This document shows positions 36,593 to 50,624 of a stretch of DNA of 64,000 nucleotides, piece by piece (the first letter of the stretch is position 1; each line of letters begins with the position of its first letter). A model generated the notes under the pieces. It was not told where the DNA came from and ran no database searches. It saw only the letters and a program-made list of their open reading frames with translations. This stretch comes from Mobula hypostoma (Eukaryota): NCBI RefSeq assembly GCF_963921235.1, contig NC_086097.1, positions 144,524,001 through 144,588,000 of the forward strand, in the 5' to 3' direction. The position numbers were made by a program, and so were the translations under genes.

Positions 36593-37648
36593 GATCAGAA
36601 TCAGGTTTATTATCTCTGGCATCTGACGTGAAATTCGTTAACTTAGCAGCAGCAGTTCAATGCAATACATAATCTAGCAGAGAGAAAAAAATGAAATAAA
36701 AATAATAAAAAAACAAGTAAATCAAGCACTCTGTACGTATATTGAATAGATTAAAAACATGCAAAAATAGAAATATTGTATGTTAAGAAAAAGTGAGGTA
36801 GTGTCCAAAGATTCAATGTCCATTTAGGAATCGGATGGCAGAGGAGAAAAAGCTGTTCTTGAATTGCTGAGTGTGTGCCTTCAGGCTTCTGTACCTCCTA
36901 CCTGATGGTAACAGTGAAAAAAGGGCATGCCCTGGGTGCTGGAGGTCCTTAATAATGGACACTGCCTTTCTGAGACACTGCTCCCTGAAGATGTCCTGGG
37001 TACTTTGTAGGCTAGTACCCAAAATACAGTTGACTAGATTTACAACCTTTTGCAGTTTCTTTCGGTCCTGTGCAGTAGCCCCTCCATACCAGACGGTGAT
37101 GCAGCCTGTCAGAATGCACTCCACGGTACAACAATAGAGGTTTTTGAGTGTATTTGTTGACATGCCAAATCTCTTCAAACTCCTAATAAAGTATAGCAGC
37201 TGTCTTGCCTTCTTTATAACTACATCGATATGTTGGGACCAGGTTAGATCCTCAGAGATCTTGACACCAGAAACTTGAAGCTGCTCACTCTCTCTACTTC
37301 TGATCCCTCTGTGAGGATTGGTATGTATTTCTTCATCTTACTCTTCCTGAAGTCCACAATCAGCTCTTTTGTCTTACTGACATTGAGTGCAAGGTTGTTG
37401 CTGTGACACCACTCCACTAGTTGGCATATCTCACTCCTGTACACCCTCTCGTCACCACCTGAGATTCTACCAACATTGACACAACAGTGGTTGTATCATC
37501 AGCAAATTTATAGATGGTATTTGAGCTATGCCTAGCCACACAGTCATGTTTTTATAGAGCGTAGAGCTGTGGGCTAAGCATACACCCCTGAGCTGCACCA
37601 GGTGTTGATCGCCAGCGAGGAAGTTATGTTATCACCAATCCATACAAT
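36593..37648 (-). mobile_element. Rex1/Babar-type LINE 3' fragment nested in the old RTE
   Basis: Minus ORFs ALNVSKTKELIVDFRK and ILTGCITVWYG...HALFSLLPSGRRYRS. Tail ATCAGAATCAGGTTTATT on +. TSD CTCCAAGAAG/CTTCAAGAAG at 36583-36592 and 37649-37658. Confidence 0.9.
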
Positions 37649-38230
37649 CTTCAAGAAGAAAGAAATACAGAAACGAGAATTGAAAATGGCAACAAAACAA
37701 TTAAAATAAATACAGAAACTGAATTACTTAGGGAGCATGATAACGTCTGAGAGTAGGACTGATGTTGAAATTAGAAAAAATGTTTTGGGCTAAATGCACA
37801 TTCAAGCATTTGAGCAAGAAACTAAATATAACAATTTCTATGAGTATGAAACTCAGAGTGCTGCGGTGCTACGTTCATTCTACACTAACATATGGAAGCT
37901 AACGTTGGACAATATCAAAGCAAAACAAGGGAGTACTTGAAGCTGCAGAAATGTGATTTTTAAGAAGGACAGAGTAGAAATGACAATGTTTTGCAAAAAG
38001 CTGGAACATGAAGAGAACTGATATCATTAATCAGCAAACAGCAGCTGGAATTTCTGGGACATGTGTTGAGGAAATTAAAACATGGACATCTTGCAGCAAC
38101 AGGAAAATCTGATGGAAGAAAATGCACTGTTGACAACGCATGACATTCATGAGTTACATCAAGGGCTGGGCAGGCAAAGGTTTTGAAGAGCTTATTAGAA
38201 CTTCTCAGATTAAAGACAGGTAGAACACCA

Positions 38231-39021
38231 AGTAGTTTCAGATATGCAGATGACAATGTGTTAATTGCAAGTACGGAGGAAGAACTACAAAACTTAATTG
38301 ATATAGTTGTTGAAGGAAGTGCAAAAATGGGTCTATCTATCAATCGCAAAAAGACAGAATGTATGGTGATATCAAAAAAGGAGAAACCTATCTGCAGGCT
38401 GAAAATAAATGGGGAAGACATAAAACAGGTACAGAACTTTTGCAACTTAGGAAGATGGGTGACAGCAGATGGCAGGTGTGACATGGACATCAATAGAAGA
38501 ATAGGGATGGCAAAAGACACCTTTACGAGAATGAAGTGTATATTGACCAACACTAAACTAGGCATGGCAACCCACCTAAGAGTACTGAAATGTTACGTTT
38601 ATCCAGTTCTGTTATATGGCTCAGAATGTTGGACAATATCTAGTAAGATGAGGAAACAAACTGAAGCAGCAGAGATCTGGTTTTTGAGGAGGATGCAAAG
38701 AATATCATGGACGAAACGAATATCTAACGAGGATGTCATGAACAGAACAAGCACAAAAAGTGAAATAATGCATGAGATCATGAAAAGGCCACGTAACTTC
38801 ATTGAACATGTGATTAGGAAAGAGGAGTTAGAATGCACGGTAATTATGGGAAAGATTGAAGGGAAGAAAGCAAAAGGAAGGCAAAGACAAATGATGATGG
38901 AGACAGCAGCCAGAGAATTGGAAATGAATACCAATGAATTGATCCACTTGACCCGAAACAGGAGTGTGTGGACAATGGCAGTCAAAGCTCAATCTGGGCT
39001 TGGCACCTGATGATGATGATG
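38231..39021 (+). mobile_element. Young RTE 3' fragment (same family as 11905-12611), open from YADD to stop
   Basis: ORF 38183-39010 RYADDNVL...LLYGSECWT...GKIEGKK. (TGA)n tail. TSD AGAACACCA/AGAAGACCA at 38222-38230 and 39022-39030. Confidence 0.93.
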
Positions 39022-41194
39022 AGAAGACCATGATCATCATATAACACGGCACATAATGATGATGAAGGCGATTTGACAAAGTCCCTCATGGGACACTCAT
39101 TCAGAAGAGAAAGATACATGAGTCCATGATGAATTGGCTATTTGGATTCAGAACTAGCGTGCCCATAGAAGACAGAGGGGAGTGGTCAGAGGGACTTACT
39201 ATAGCTGGAGGTCTGCAAATAGTGGGATCTGAACTGGAAACTCTACTCTTCATGATGTATATAAACGACCTGGATGAGAAAGTAGATGGGTGGGTTAGTA
39301 AGTTTGCAGATGATATAAAGATTTCTGGTGCAGTGGATAGTGTAGAAGGCAGGCAAAGAATACAATAGGACATAGATCAGTTGCTGATATGGGCAGCGAA
39401 ATGGCAGATACAGGTCAACCCAGCCAAATGTGAAGTGTTGCACCTTGGTAGGTTAAATGCAAAGAGACAGTTCACTGATAAGGGGAAGACTCTTGAGGAG
39501 CAGAAGGATCTTGGATTCCAAGTTCATTCCTCCCTGAAAGTGGCTACACATCTTGATGGGGTGTTTAAGATGCTTGCCTTTATTAGTCAAGGCATGGAGT
39601 TCAAAAGACTGCAAGTTACTTTGAAGCTTTATAAAAAAAAACTACATTGGGCTTCATCTAGAGTATTACATACAGTTCTAGGCCCTTCATTATAGGAAGG
39701 ATGTCAGGTCTTTGGAGAGGGTACAGAGTTACCAGTATGTTGTTTGGATTAGAGGGCCTGTGCTCCAACAAGAAGTTGGACAAACCTGGGTTGTTTTTTC
39801 CAGCAGAGGCAAGGGAGAGATCTGATAGAGGATTGTGAGATTATGAGAGGCATATTCAGAGTAGGCAGACAATATCTTTTTCCAAGAGTTGAAATGTCTA
39901 ATACCAAAAGGGCATGCAGTTAAGGCGTGAGTGGTTAATTTCAAAGGAGATGTGAGGGACAGGTATTTTACACAGAGAGTGAAGGGTGCCAGGAGTGCAT
40001 TGTTTGGGTGGTGGTAGAAGCAGAAATATTAGAGACTTTTAGATAGATACATGAACGTGAGGAAAATGGAATGATTTGAACATTATGTAGGCAGAAGAGA
40101 TTCATTCAGTTAGCCATTTGATTACTAATTTAATTGCTTTGTCGCAACATTGTGGGCTGGGGGATCTGTTCCTGTGCTGTACTGTTCTATGCTCTAATAC
40201 ACAAAGCAGTGCTAACTATCTTTATCAGTTCTTGCCTTTAGAAATGCAGATAGATCCTGTCTCTCAGAATTCTTTCCACTAACCCTTCTGCCACTGATGT
40301 TAGGCTTACAATCCTGTTGTTCCCTGGCTTGTTCTTGCAGCTTTTCTGAAATAAAAGCTCAACATTACCTTGCCCATGACTCTAGAAGATAAATAATCTC
40401 TGCTGAAAGCCCATAAACTTCTTCCCTTACTCCTATGGCATCCTAAAGTACCGTCTGTAAGGCCCCAGGAATTTATCCACCTTTATGCACTGCTGGACTG
40501 CCAGCACTTCCTCATTCATAATGCAGAAATTTAATTTTGCAAGTAACTCTGTAATTCCCCTAATAAAGTTTGATTTGACAACATGGAATAAGACTTTTTA
40601 ATTGTATCTAATCAGTGGGATATTTCATCTATTTATCTGGAAACTTTTGTCTCCATCTAATCAGCAGGTGGGATAGTCTGGGAATGTCTGATTGTCAATT
40701 GTAAAAATCTATATGCCCTCATGCTTTGCCTGGACATTCTGTAGCATTGTCATTTCCAGTTCTTGGTGTGATAAAATTTAGCAAGAAAATACCAAAAAAA
40801 AAGGTAAACACTGTGTATGGGCATAAAGATTGAAGTGAGCTTCTTGCCACAGTGCATGCTTAGATGGCAGAAGTCTATGGGCTGCTGCTGATTTCATGTT
40901 TAGATGTTGCCAACTGGTCCTGAGATCCTTCCGTCATCTCCACAGTGTCACCAGGCTGAGAATGGAATATGAGGACTCTGGGAGCTGAAGCATCTGTAAT
41001 TGAAATGTCACAACATCAGACTGCAGCACCCGCACCGTAATAAATATGGCACTTTATAATGAGCTGAGCTAAAACTATAACAGGAAAAAATATCAAAATA
41101 TCATCCTAGCATAGTTGTACCAGGAAGCATGTGTCAAAAATACAGAGGTGCTCACAGGTACGTTGGTAGAAATAGGAAAGGTTCTCTGAAAGAT

Positions 41195-41480
41195 AATAAA
41201 TTAAATTCGTAAATTGGTTTATTATTGTCACACGTGCTCAGCTACAGGGAAAGGCTTGTCTTGCACACTGTTAATACAATTCAATTCATTGCACAGTGCA
41301 TTGACGTAAAACAGAAACAGAATGCAGAAAAAAGTACAACAGCTAAAGCGAAGTACCGTGCAAGTAGACAATAAGGTGTAAGGTGGATTGTGAATTTGGG
41401 GGTGCACCTTTTCATACTTGGGAACCGATCAATAGTCTTCCAACAGCAGCTCCAATAGAAGCTGTCCTTGAGATTTTAGT
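41195..41480 (-). mobile_element. Rex-type 3' tail fragment
   Basis: TAAATTGGTTTATTATTGTCACA...CATTGCACAGTGCATTG...AGAAGCTGTCCTTGAG, similar to 28290-28350 plus 30030-30225. Confidence 0.6.
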
Positions 41481-41929
41481 AAGTTGGGGTCCACGGCATA
41501 GTCAAAGTCAGATTCAAAGTCAAGGCCAAAGTAATTTTTTTTATCAAAGTGCATATACTCACTTTCAAGGACTCTTAATCTGATGTTCTTGATATTTATT
41601 GCTTATATATTTATTATTATTTCTTCATTTTGTATTTGCACAGTTTGTTGCCTTCTGCACTCTGGATGAGTGCCCTGGTTGGGTGGGGTGAGACTAGCTG
41701 TGGTGCCTGAAAATTTATCAAATATTTAACACAACTGTTGCACATTTTAAAATACAACAGTAAAACCTACTATTGATGCTGGAAATCTGACAGCACAGGA
41801 AACAATACTGAAAATTCTCAGGCAGTTTACCCTTGTGGAGAGGGATAAAAACACAAATCAAAGTCCCAATGCCCTAACAAACCATTAATCAGTCACCTGC
41901 CTTGTTAAGTAAAAGATTTCACCTGATAT

Positions 41930-42935
41930 TCCAGAGAAAGTAAGTGAAGGAGTTGTTTATGGACATTCAAAAGGCAACTAACAAAGCCCTGTATAAAAAC
42001 TCAGAAAACAAAATTGAAATGCAAAGAATACGAAAAGGATGGATAAAATATTTGATTTAAGTCAGAATCCAGAGTTTTGGTGCACAGCATTTTTTTTTCA
42101 AACTGGAGAAAAGCAGACAATAATGTTACCACAGTTGTTTTTTTTATATATATGTCAATGACTAGAATATGAGGGTTTGGGGTAAGGTTATGAATGTTGC
42201 ATAAAATCTGCAGAAATGGTTAATTGTCAGGAATTTGCAGACTACAAGAAGTCATTGATGAATGGCAAAACCATCAGACAGGTGGCCAATAAAATTTAAT
42301 ACAGGAAAGTATGAAATTAAATTAAAACAGACATTGCTAGGCAGGTCAGAGATCATCCATAGAAAGAGAAACAATAGCAACATGAAAGGTGTGAAGAGAT
42401 TTGTATGACAGAACAAACATGAAAAGACAATACCAGTATACACCAGATCGAACTAAGGGACAAATGTACATATATTTTAGAAATTGGCATGAGAATTTGA
42501 GAGAGTGTTTAGGAAGGCTTAGAATGGTTTATATTCTATGTCTCTGTCTATAAAGCTGTTGGCTTTCTAGATAGGGACATAGAACACAAAGGCTATAGAG
42601 CAGTCAGCCTAATATAAATTGGGTAGCTGTTCCTATTAGCAATATCTCAAGAACAAGGGGACATGGATTTAAACTGCTCTGTAAATGATAAAATGTGATG
42701 TTGCAGAAATGCCTTTGTTATAGCAAGTATTTGTAATCTGTAGCCCAGTTTTCATAAAGGTGATAGAAACCATGCAAATTAGGAACTAAAAGCAGGTCAT
42801 TCAGGTATTTAAGGGAAAAAAGATCTGTGTGGCAACAAGGAATGTCATGGAAGGGATTACTCAATAAATACAGAACAGGGGCCTGGTGGCCAGAAATGCT
42901 TCTTCTGTCACATAACAGTTCTATGATTCTTTGCA
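41930..42935 (+). mobile_element. Very old CR1 RT/3' fragment
   Basis: ATGGACATTCAAAAGGC (.DFQKA-like), AAATTTAATACAGGAAAGTATGAA (FN..KCE-like), ACAAGGGGACATGGATTTAAA and a tail TTCTATGATTCT. Confidence 0.55.
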
Positions 42936-45099
42936 TTCCATTCTTAGATTTGTAAAACGTTCCTTTCAATGCAATAATCATGCCCCCTTTACTTCTATCA
43001 TAATGGTTATGTCTCTGGACCACTAATCTTCAGAGCTGTACCAATAAGCCAGGAAAACTGATTTGTAAAAAAACATGAACTGAATCAGAATCAGGTTTAT
43101 TATCACTGATTTAGATGACATGAAATTGTTCTGTGGCAGGAGTGCACTCTCATCCATGAAGCCCTTTGGGTTAACGTCAAAAGAGCTGATTTCTAAGCAG
43201 GTGAATAACTCACCAGTTTGGCACAATAATCCACCCGGTTACTGCCATTCACATCTAGGAAGCATTGCCTCCATTCTGTTCCTCAGTACTAGTGCCAACC
43301 CTCTCTCCCTACCTATTTATTTCTGGCATCCATTTTACTGGTTTTAAATCCCCTTTGGAAAATTACAATACATCATCCATTTTTGCCAAGCAATACATTC
43401 CAGATCACAGTAATTTAATGTGTAATATAAATTTTATTCTCTTCTCTTGTGTGTGAGTGTGTGTGTGTTTTTTTTGCAGATTCTTTTAAATTTGAGACTT
43501 CTGGTTGCTACACAGAGCACTGGCAAAATAGTTACTCTTTTCTTATGCCATCAAAATGCATCTGTGTTTTGTTACTTGTCAAATAATTCAAAATTAATTG
43601 AACTTGAGAATTCATCAAGAGCCAGTGACGTAGAACAGGAGTCTGGACTGCATGTTCCCAATTTTCTGTTGTTCAAACACTACAGTATCCTTCATCCAAA
43701 CGAGCAGATTGGAAATTGGAAACTGAAACACAACTGATCTGGGTTCTTGGTGTATCACTGGCACAGTGCACTTCTCAAAGGAAGCACAGGAGAGATTAAC
43801 ATCTTTAACTGAAGGAGTTGTGTTTGGCCAACAGTTACTAGAGTTCTCACATACCATGACCCATTTCCTTCCACCCCAACCCCCTCCAGTCAAAAGTAAG
43901 ACAACAGTGTGCATCTTAGACCTTGAGGCCTTTGCTTTGAAGAGGGCTCCATGTTAGGTTTGTAAACCCTTGTTCTCTTGAGCTGCCTCGCAACCCAAAA
44001 GACAACGACATCCTCTGTCTCTCACATTTTAATTACCTAAATAAACATGCCCTACAATGGACCAACGAGGCTGGGAAAGGGATTTGTTCACCATCCTGCA
44101 TTTGCCAAAAGGATTAGATGGAAAATTACCTCCAACCATTCCAAAATAACTCTTAATGCTGATTTAGTACCATTCTAAATCACTCCCCCGCCCCCTCCCT
44201 TTTCCCAAGTTCCCCAGTCACTTCTTTAATCCTTTGGCTGATTCATGGCTTAAACTGTCCGTCCCTTACACTTTTGGGATTTGGGATTTAATGCCATTGA
44301 CTTCTGTCGGCTCTGTCACAAATTGTTATTCACGTTACCATGAATTTCTATTCAAATGCTAGTAATCCCCTTTGACATAACTGTGAATGGGTCCATAGTA
44401 ACAGCGGAGAAATAAAGCCTTAGATAATTTTCTCAAAATTGCTTTGAGAAACTCCAATGACAAGAAGAACTGCAAGAGTATCCTTGGCGTGAGTTTTGCT
44501 CAGGGTGTGAGTGGATTTCTTTGATACATTCGCTGTAACATGTAATGTTATTTTCTTGATTGTTTCTACATTTGACAACTGACTCAGCCCTCTCAGTGGA
44601 TAATATGGATAATAACATGCCTGATTAATTTAAAGGTAAATACTAATAAGGTCTGAGTATTCATTTATTAGTCAATGTTGAGATACTGGAATACAAATGT
44701 GTTGTTACATTTGTTCATAATGCCACCAGGCTACAGAAAGAAGCGTTAATGTAAGTAACTCTGCATGTGCAAAATTATGCTGAACAGAGTTGGCTGCATT
44801 ATTTCTCAGTAAATAAAAACATACCTGAAAAGCAAAAAAAAAACGGAATTGTAGATCCTAGAAATCTGGAAGAAAAACATAAAGTCCTGGATGTTATAAA
44901 CAAATCGTCAAACAAAGATTTGGCTTAAATTTTCTGCCTGTTACTGTGACTTTCTTCTTTCCTTCATTCTTTTCTTCCAATTGGATGAACTATGTAGCAA
45001 GTGTTGTTATGCATAAAGTCTTAAATATCAAATGGATGAATGCCAGTTCAGTTGGTGATATTTGATTGAGGGAAGATTGTTGGCCAGCATACTAGGGAA

Positions 45100-45620
45100 T
45101 CGCATTCAGTGATCATGATGTGGTCTCATCCAGTCTAGAACATCAAACATAGACTGGGAGACCACTTTGCAGAATACCTTCAATCAGTTTGTGAAGGTGA
45201 CCTTGATCTTGCAGTTGACTGTAGCTTTGCTTCTTTATTACACTTTCAGTATGACTTATCTATGGCCTTGCACACAACTGTACTAAAATGCTATGTAAGC
45301 CCAAGGAACAACAGCTTTATTTTCCGACTTCAGGTATTATCCCCTTCAGTACTCAACAATAAATACAACTTCTTTCAGATAATCAGCCATCCCAGTCTTA
45401 CCTCTCACATAGCAGTAATATTGTTTTTCACCTCTTCCACTATTTCACATTTAAATAATCTCTATTTATATATCTTCCAAATTTCCCTTTGCATTTCCCG
45501 TCAGCTAGTGTTCCCTACTCTATACAAATGTTATCTTTTGTTCTCTCTGACCCTCACATTTTTCTCAGCAACTTAAAACATGTTTCATTTCTAGATTTTC
45601 CCAGTTCTCATGAAAGATTA
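45100..45620 (+). mobile_element. Old Penelope GIY-YIG/3' remnant
   Basis: CATAGACTGGGAGACCACTTTGCAGAATACCTT (RLGDHFAEYL) parallels 5157-5187. Confidence 0.6.
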
Positions 45621-45989
45621 TTATTCAAAAACTGGGGGAGCAAGTAAATGGTGCAATGGGTTTTCTAACACCCTTTCCTCCACTCAGCAGTTTTTACCCA
45701 AAAGGGAGTTTCTAAATCTGTGGGGAAAAAAAAATCAGAAAATGATGGTATGGTTTTATTGTCAAGATACTGCCATGAGAGTGCTTTTGAAACAATTAAA
45801 GACTACAGCCAAATTTCGGCTATTGCCCTCCTTGATAATCCTTTGGGTGGTTATAGAGTCATAATGATAGAGAAGAAGAGTATTCGTCTCCTAACAGCTG
45901 ACTTTGTTTTGTGGCAGCCTGTTAGCAGACGAATCTCAAGGTTGTATAATGTATACATACTTTGTGAATAAATGTACTTTGAACTTGAA

Positions 45990-46680
45990 ACGTTGATTAA
46001 GCCCATCCAACTATATGCCAGCACTCTGTGGAGTAATCCAGTCAGTCCCAATCCTCATGTGATCCTACAATCCTGCAAGTTTACCATCTCTTTATTCATT
46101 TCTCTTACAGGCAATGTGTCTCTAGTCATCACAGCTTGTTATATGTACTGTAAAATATTCACTCTCACATCACCTACTGCATCTCTGGCCAAAAACTTAA
46201 ATCTGCATCTCCTACTCATAATATCATTAGTCAATGGAAATGACATTGCTTTGGTTAACCTTTCAGAACTCTCATAATCTTCTACACTTCAGTCTAGTCT
46301 CTTTTGCTTCATGGAGAACTACTCAGCCACTTCGACCTAACCTTGCACCTAAAATCTCTCACTGCTGTACAAATTCTGGTAAACCTTCTATGCACCTTTT
46401 ACATTCTTAGTGAATGGAGTACGGTGCAATGCTCTGCTACTGAGTGAGTTTTATAAAGATCCAACTTAGCTTCTGCACTCTTGTATTCCCTGTTTCTACT
46501 TAAGAAACCCAAGATCCCTCTCTAGATGTCTTGCAATTTTCAAATTTGTGTGGATATGAGACATTTATTCCTACACAGTTTAGAACTATGACCATTGAGT
46601 TTATTCTGTTTTACTATTCTCGTCTTCACAATATTGCATCTCATACTTAATGTATTAATTTCCAGGTGTATTACTGAGAA
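45990..46680 (-). mobile_element. Very old CR1 3' fragment
   Basis: Reverse landmarks TTCTGGTAAACCTTCTATGCACC, CTTCTGCACTCTTGTATTC and AATATTGCATCTCATACTT. Confidence 0.5.
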
Positions 46681-46844
46681 TGTGGCTCTGGTATCCAATA
46701 ATGTGATTGTACAGGTCAGTAAGAACGTGTCTGTACTGTGTCAAAGTTTTTGCAGACTCACAAATTCCAATATTATACATTTCTATCCAGTCAACATCAA
46801 CCTTTCCATATCTGTAATAGTTAGTTTGTGTAATTGGCAACAAC

Positions 46845-47290
46845 TTTGGAGAGGAAGCAGAGGAGATGCAGCACAATTGTCTAGGATGGAGAAAGTCAGT
46901 TCTGAGGAGAGGATGCACAGATTAGGTTTGCTTTCCCTAAAGCAGCCAAAGTTAAGAGGGGATATGATTGATATATATAACATAATGTTGGAGTTAAAGA
47001 GGGTAGACTGCAGGAAATATTTCTCCTTATCAGATTTTGGGCAGGGGGAAACAGATTTCTAGCGACCTGAGGGAGAACTTTTCCATCCAAGGAATGGTTA
47101 GTATCTGGAATGCACTACTGGAGAGAGTGGCAGAAGCAGAGACATTGTCAGCAGTTAAGTGTTTAGACAAGGACTTAAAACATTTAGGTGTAGAAGGCTA
47201 TGGATGAGTGTTGAAAAAGGTGGATGCCCACAGGTCAGGATGGACATAATGGGCCAAAAGGCCTGTTTCCACCTTGTATGACTTCATGGC
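46845..47290 (+). mobile_element. CR1 3' fragment
   Basis: LGLLSLKQPKLRGDMIDIYNIM and tail GGGCCAAAAGGCCTGTTTCCACCTTGTATGACT. Confidence 0.75.
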
Positions 47291-50200
47291 ACTATTCTTG
47301 TGTAGCCTCCTCAGAGTATCCTTATGTAAAACAGACCATGAGCTCTCTCTAAGGATCTGTAAGAACTCCCTGGAGCACACACAGTGAATGGCACTACAGG
47401 ATACCAATAGCGTTGCATTCGGCAGCTGCTCATATGTGTAGTAACCCACTGATGATAGATCCACAACTGCATCAATCATCATCTTCATAGAACAACCCAT
47501 AACATGCTCCACATTCTTGGCTGTGAATATACTATTCATTACTGGACTTGTTCAGTATGCTTGCAGATCCTGAACTATGAAGTGCCCTAGCATTCTTTAT
47601 CTGCTTTAGTTATATTAGTCCTTCATGATCTGGTGACCCAAGGACTTCCTGCCAAAGAAAAAGGTGCTGACATCGCCATTGTCTGGCATGTAGCCAACTT
47701 CCACATTTTCAAATCATAACTCAAAGGAAATCACCTTATATTTTTGAACATCACCTCCACAGCAGAAAATATTTTGCATACTGCTCTATGGTTAGGTTCT
47801 CTACAACTATGAGCTTCATCAGAATTTTCTCATGAATTAATCAATGCACCAAAGAAGTGTATGAAACAAGATGTAGAAATACCTTGAAATTTTACTTATC
47901 TGCTAGCATCTTTAGCCTGTATACATATTGACCAAATACTGTCCACCATGGCAAAAATTCTCAAAAGTTCTTACAAGGTTCTGCACTATGTTCTCCATTA
48001 AAAATATTTACACCATCATCATCCATGCTTCATAATACTAATAAACTTGCCATGTCTCAAATATCTTTGTCTTTACAATTTACAAGACTATTACCTTGCA
48101 ATTTTAGTGCTTGTCTAAGTTCCTCTGTTCTATGTCCTCTTGCAAGTTCTCCACAGTAGTGTTCATCCTTAGGAACATTTCCCTCACTTATATGGACTGG
48201 AAAAATGCCTGAGACCTCTTGTATTTGTCATGCTTGTTGATATATCTGCCATGTCCAGTCTGTGCTATCACTACTGTTCTACCAAGAGAGCCCTGATGTT
48301 AATTACTTCACACGTCTTCACTCTCCTGCTAATCCGTCACATAACCCACTCGTCAACAATGTGGTGTCCATGGACTGTTTTGTGCTCACTGTATTAAAGC
48401 ACTTTTGATAGAGCAATGTATCAAAAGTCACACCAGATGGAATTATTAATGGCACACCGGAAATTTATATACATACTGGATATTGCAGTCATCATTGGCA
48501 AATATTATAATTTTTCTTGGTATTCTAATATTCAACTCTGTTACACGATGAAGTTTGAGGAAAACCATTGGCTACCATATACAGTATGTTGCTCTTTGTG
48601 GTGTAGCAGTGTCAGAAATGTATTATCAGGTTTTCTATTCCATAAAATACTTGTAAATAGTCATAGACTCCTGGGTAGAGTTAGTTCATGATTACAATGA
48701 ACTTGTTATAATATTACTGATCAGGCAAGAGCACAGGCTGTGATGGTACTTCAAAAGAATGATTAAAAACTACTGCAACTAACATAGTTACCAGTCTTTA
48801 TTTTCTACTGCTGGTGTAAGATTGTCAACAATCTCACTCAAGGCCGTTCAATCAGTTAAGATTCCTAAAGGAAACTGGGTCTGAGAGGGAGGAAACACTT
48901 TCAAATTTATTGTTTTTTAAAGAGTTCCAGAACATCCACACATGTTTATAAATATTTAGCTTAACTCTACTGTTTCCTTTATTGCAATCCAAACAGCTGT
49001 GAGGACAGCTGTGAATTAGATGGTTAACAATACACTCTATGAGTCTGGGGGAAAATGGAAGCCAATTCTGACACCTCAGAAAGGATTTAAAAATGATTAT
49101 CTGATGAAGATAGCTTCAAAACAAAGCCATTATCCCAACCCAATGTTCTTGTACACTTTCCCACAATGGGCACAGTTCTCTTCCCACATTTCTCCAGGCA
49201 TTGAGCTCCCAAAACTCCCAATTTCCTTTAAAAATAGTGTAATAGCTTTCGTGACCTGCAGTCAATCATTTCGCAACATTAGGAAAAAGCTAGACAGGAT
49301 AATAATGGGCGTGGGATTTAAATGATAAGATCATTTGGGCCAGATGGGTCAGTTTTGCTCCTAGCCGCCCTGTAACAGTATGATCATTGCTCAATTTTCA
49401 CCCTAGTTTCCAAACACTCACCTGAAATTTTGATAAGCACCCAGTCATTGCAGGAAAATACAATGAGAATTCATTTCAATACAGTGTTAATGGAGGAAGT
49501 AGAAATGACACTCAGATGATGTCTTATCAATTTAGAGGAACTAACAAGGATGTGTATTAAAACAGAGAGTGAAAAAGACAGCAAATGTTGCAAGTGAAAT
49601 TTTTATCTGAACAATCATTGTTCTGGCTGCTCATTACCCAAAGTCTTGCCAGACCTGAAACTAAGAGAAGTTGTGTCATATGAATCCATTTATCCAGCAT
49701 AGAATGCAAGAGCTAATTGTGCACAGGTGTTTGTTGTCTAGACACTAGTGTACAACAATGTAATAACTGGGCGGGTGCTTGTAAGTGCACATGGTGTAGA
49801 GTGGAGATATGTAACATAATGACTTACACTCTCCAGAGATGTCTACTCCTCTCAATTGTTCTCCAATCTTTTAAAGAAAGAAAATCAACTCATGCTGTTA
49901 CAAAATTTTGAGTTAGGTTTTGGCGATTGTAAAGGATGCAAGGAATGGAAACAGTGGTATGCCATGTGATCATGAGCCTGTTCTGTCATTTGGTCATTTG
50001 GTCAGGTCATGGCTGACCCTTTTCTGGTGAACTTCCTTACCTGAATCCCACAGAATATTTTAACAGCATCACAAATCTTTTTATTATCAGCATAGAAAAT
50101 ATTCAACCACTGTCTTATAAGGTAGGTAATTCCAATTATCTATATCCCTCTACATTTGGAATAGCTGACCTCTTATCCTGAGACCATTGTCAAGTAATTG

Positions 50201-50624
50201 TATTGCATCAAATCTACTTTGCTGCTCCTAAACATGGCTGCACTTAACATCAATACCCAATTGTGTCTCTTGGGAAAAGAAATCAGAGAATCAATCAAAA
50301 TCCAGTTTAAAATAGCATTAGGGTGGTTTATGTGCACAAATAAATGGATCTTGCCCACTTTCCAAAGGTGCCTCAGCCAATTTCACACATCTCCTTACAC
50401 TACCGTGAAGCGTTCAGAATAGGTTATCAACCCTTACACGCATACATCCTTTGGCAACCACACAGCTGCAAGACACATTTCAGCTGCTATGGAAGGAAAA
50501 GTGTATGCAGAGGAAAAAGAGACAATTTCAAAAATTGATTGAGGTGACAAACTTATCCTGGATATGCCAGGGGAAAAATCCTGTGTATTGGACGACCTAA
50601 AAGCTCATATTTTTGTAGCCCCAT

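Larger units (their letters stand above)
36449..39065 (+). mobile_element. Older RTE-clade LINE fragment (pieces 36449-36592, 37649-38230, 39022-39065)
   Basis: TATGCAGACGAGACGGTGCTG (YADETVL) at 36541, TACTTAGGGAGC (YLGS), GAAGCTGCAGAAATGTG, and end ACACGGCACATAATGATGATG. Imperfect TSD AGGCATTTG (36440-36448) / AGGCGATTTG (39066-39075). Confidence 0.78.
35665..40195 (+). mobile_element. CR1 (linker, RT, 3' UTR) split at the FSKAFD motif by a nested RTE/Rex stack (pieces 35665-36448 and 39066-40195)
   Basis: ORF 35671-36198 (DPKAFYTYVK...LNEYF...DKSPG). After the nest come ATTTGACAAAGTCCCTCATGG, INDLDEKVDGWVSKFADD and the CR1 tail TGTTCTATGCTCTAAT. Confidence 0.88.

Noticed and set aside
47580..48400. 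Possible very old retroelement remnant
   Set aside because: Only a vague KG.D..IVW-like echo near 47660, not enough to classify.
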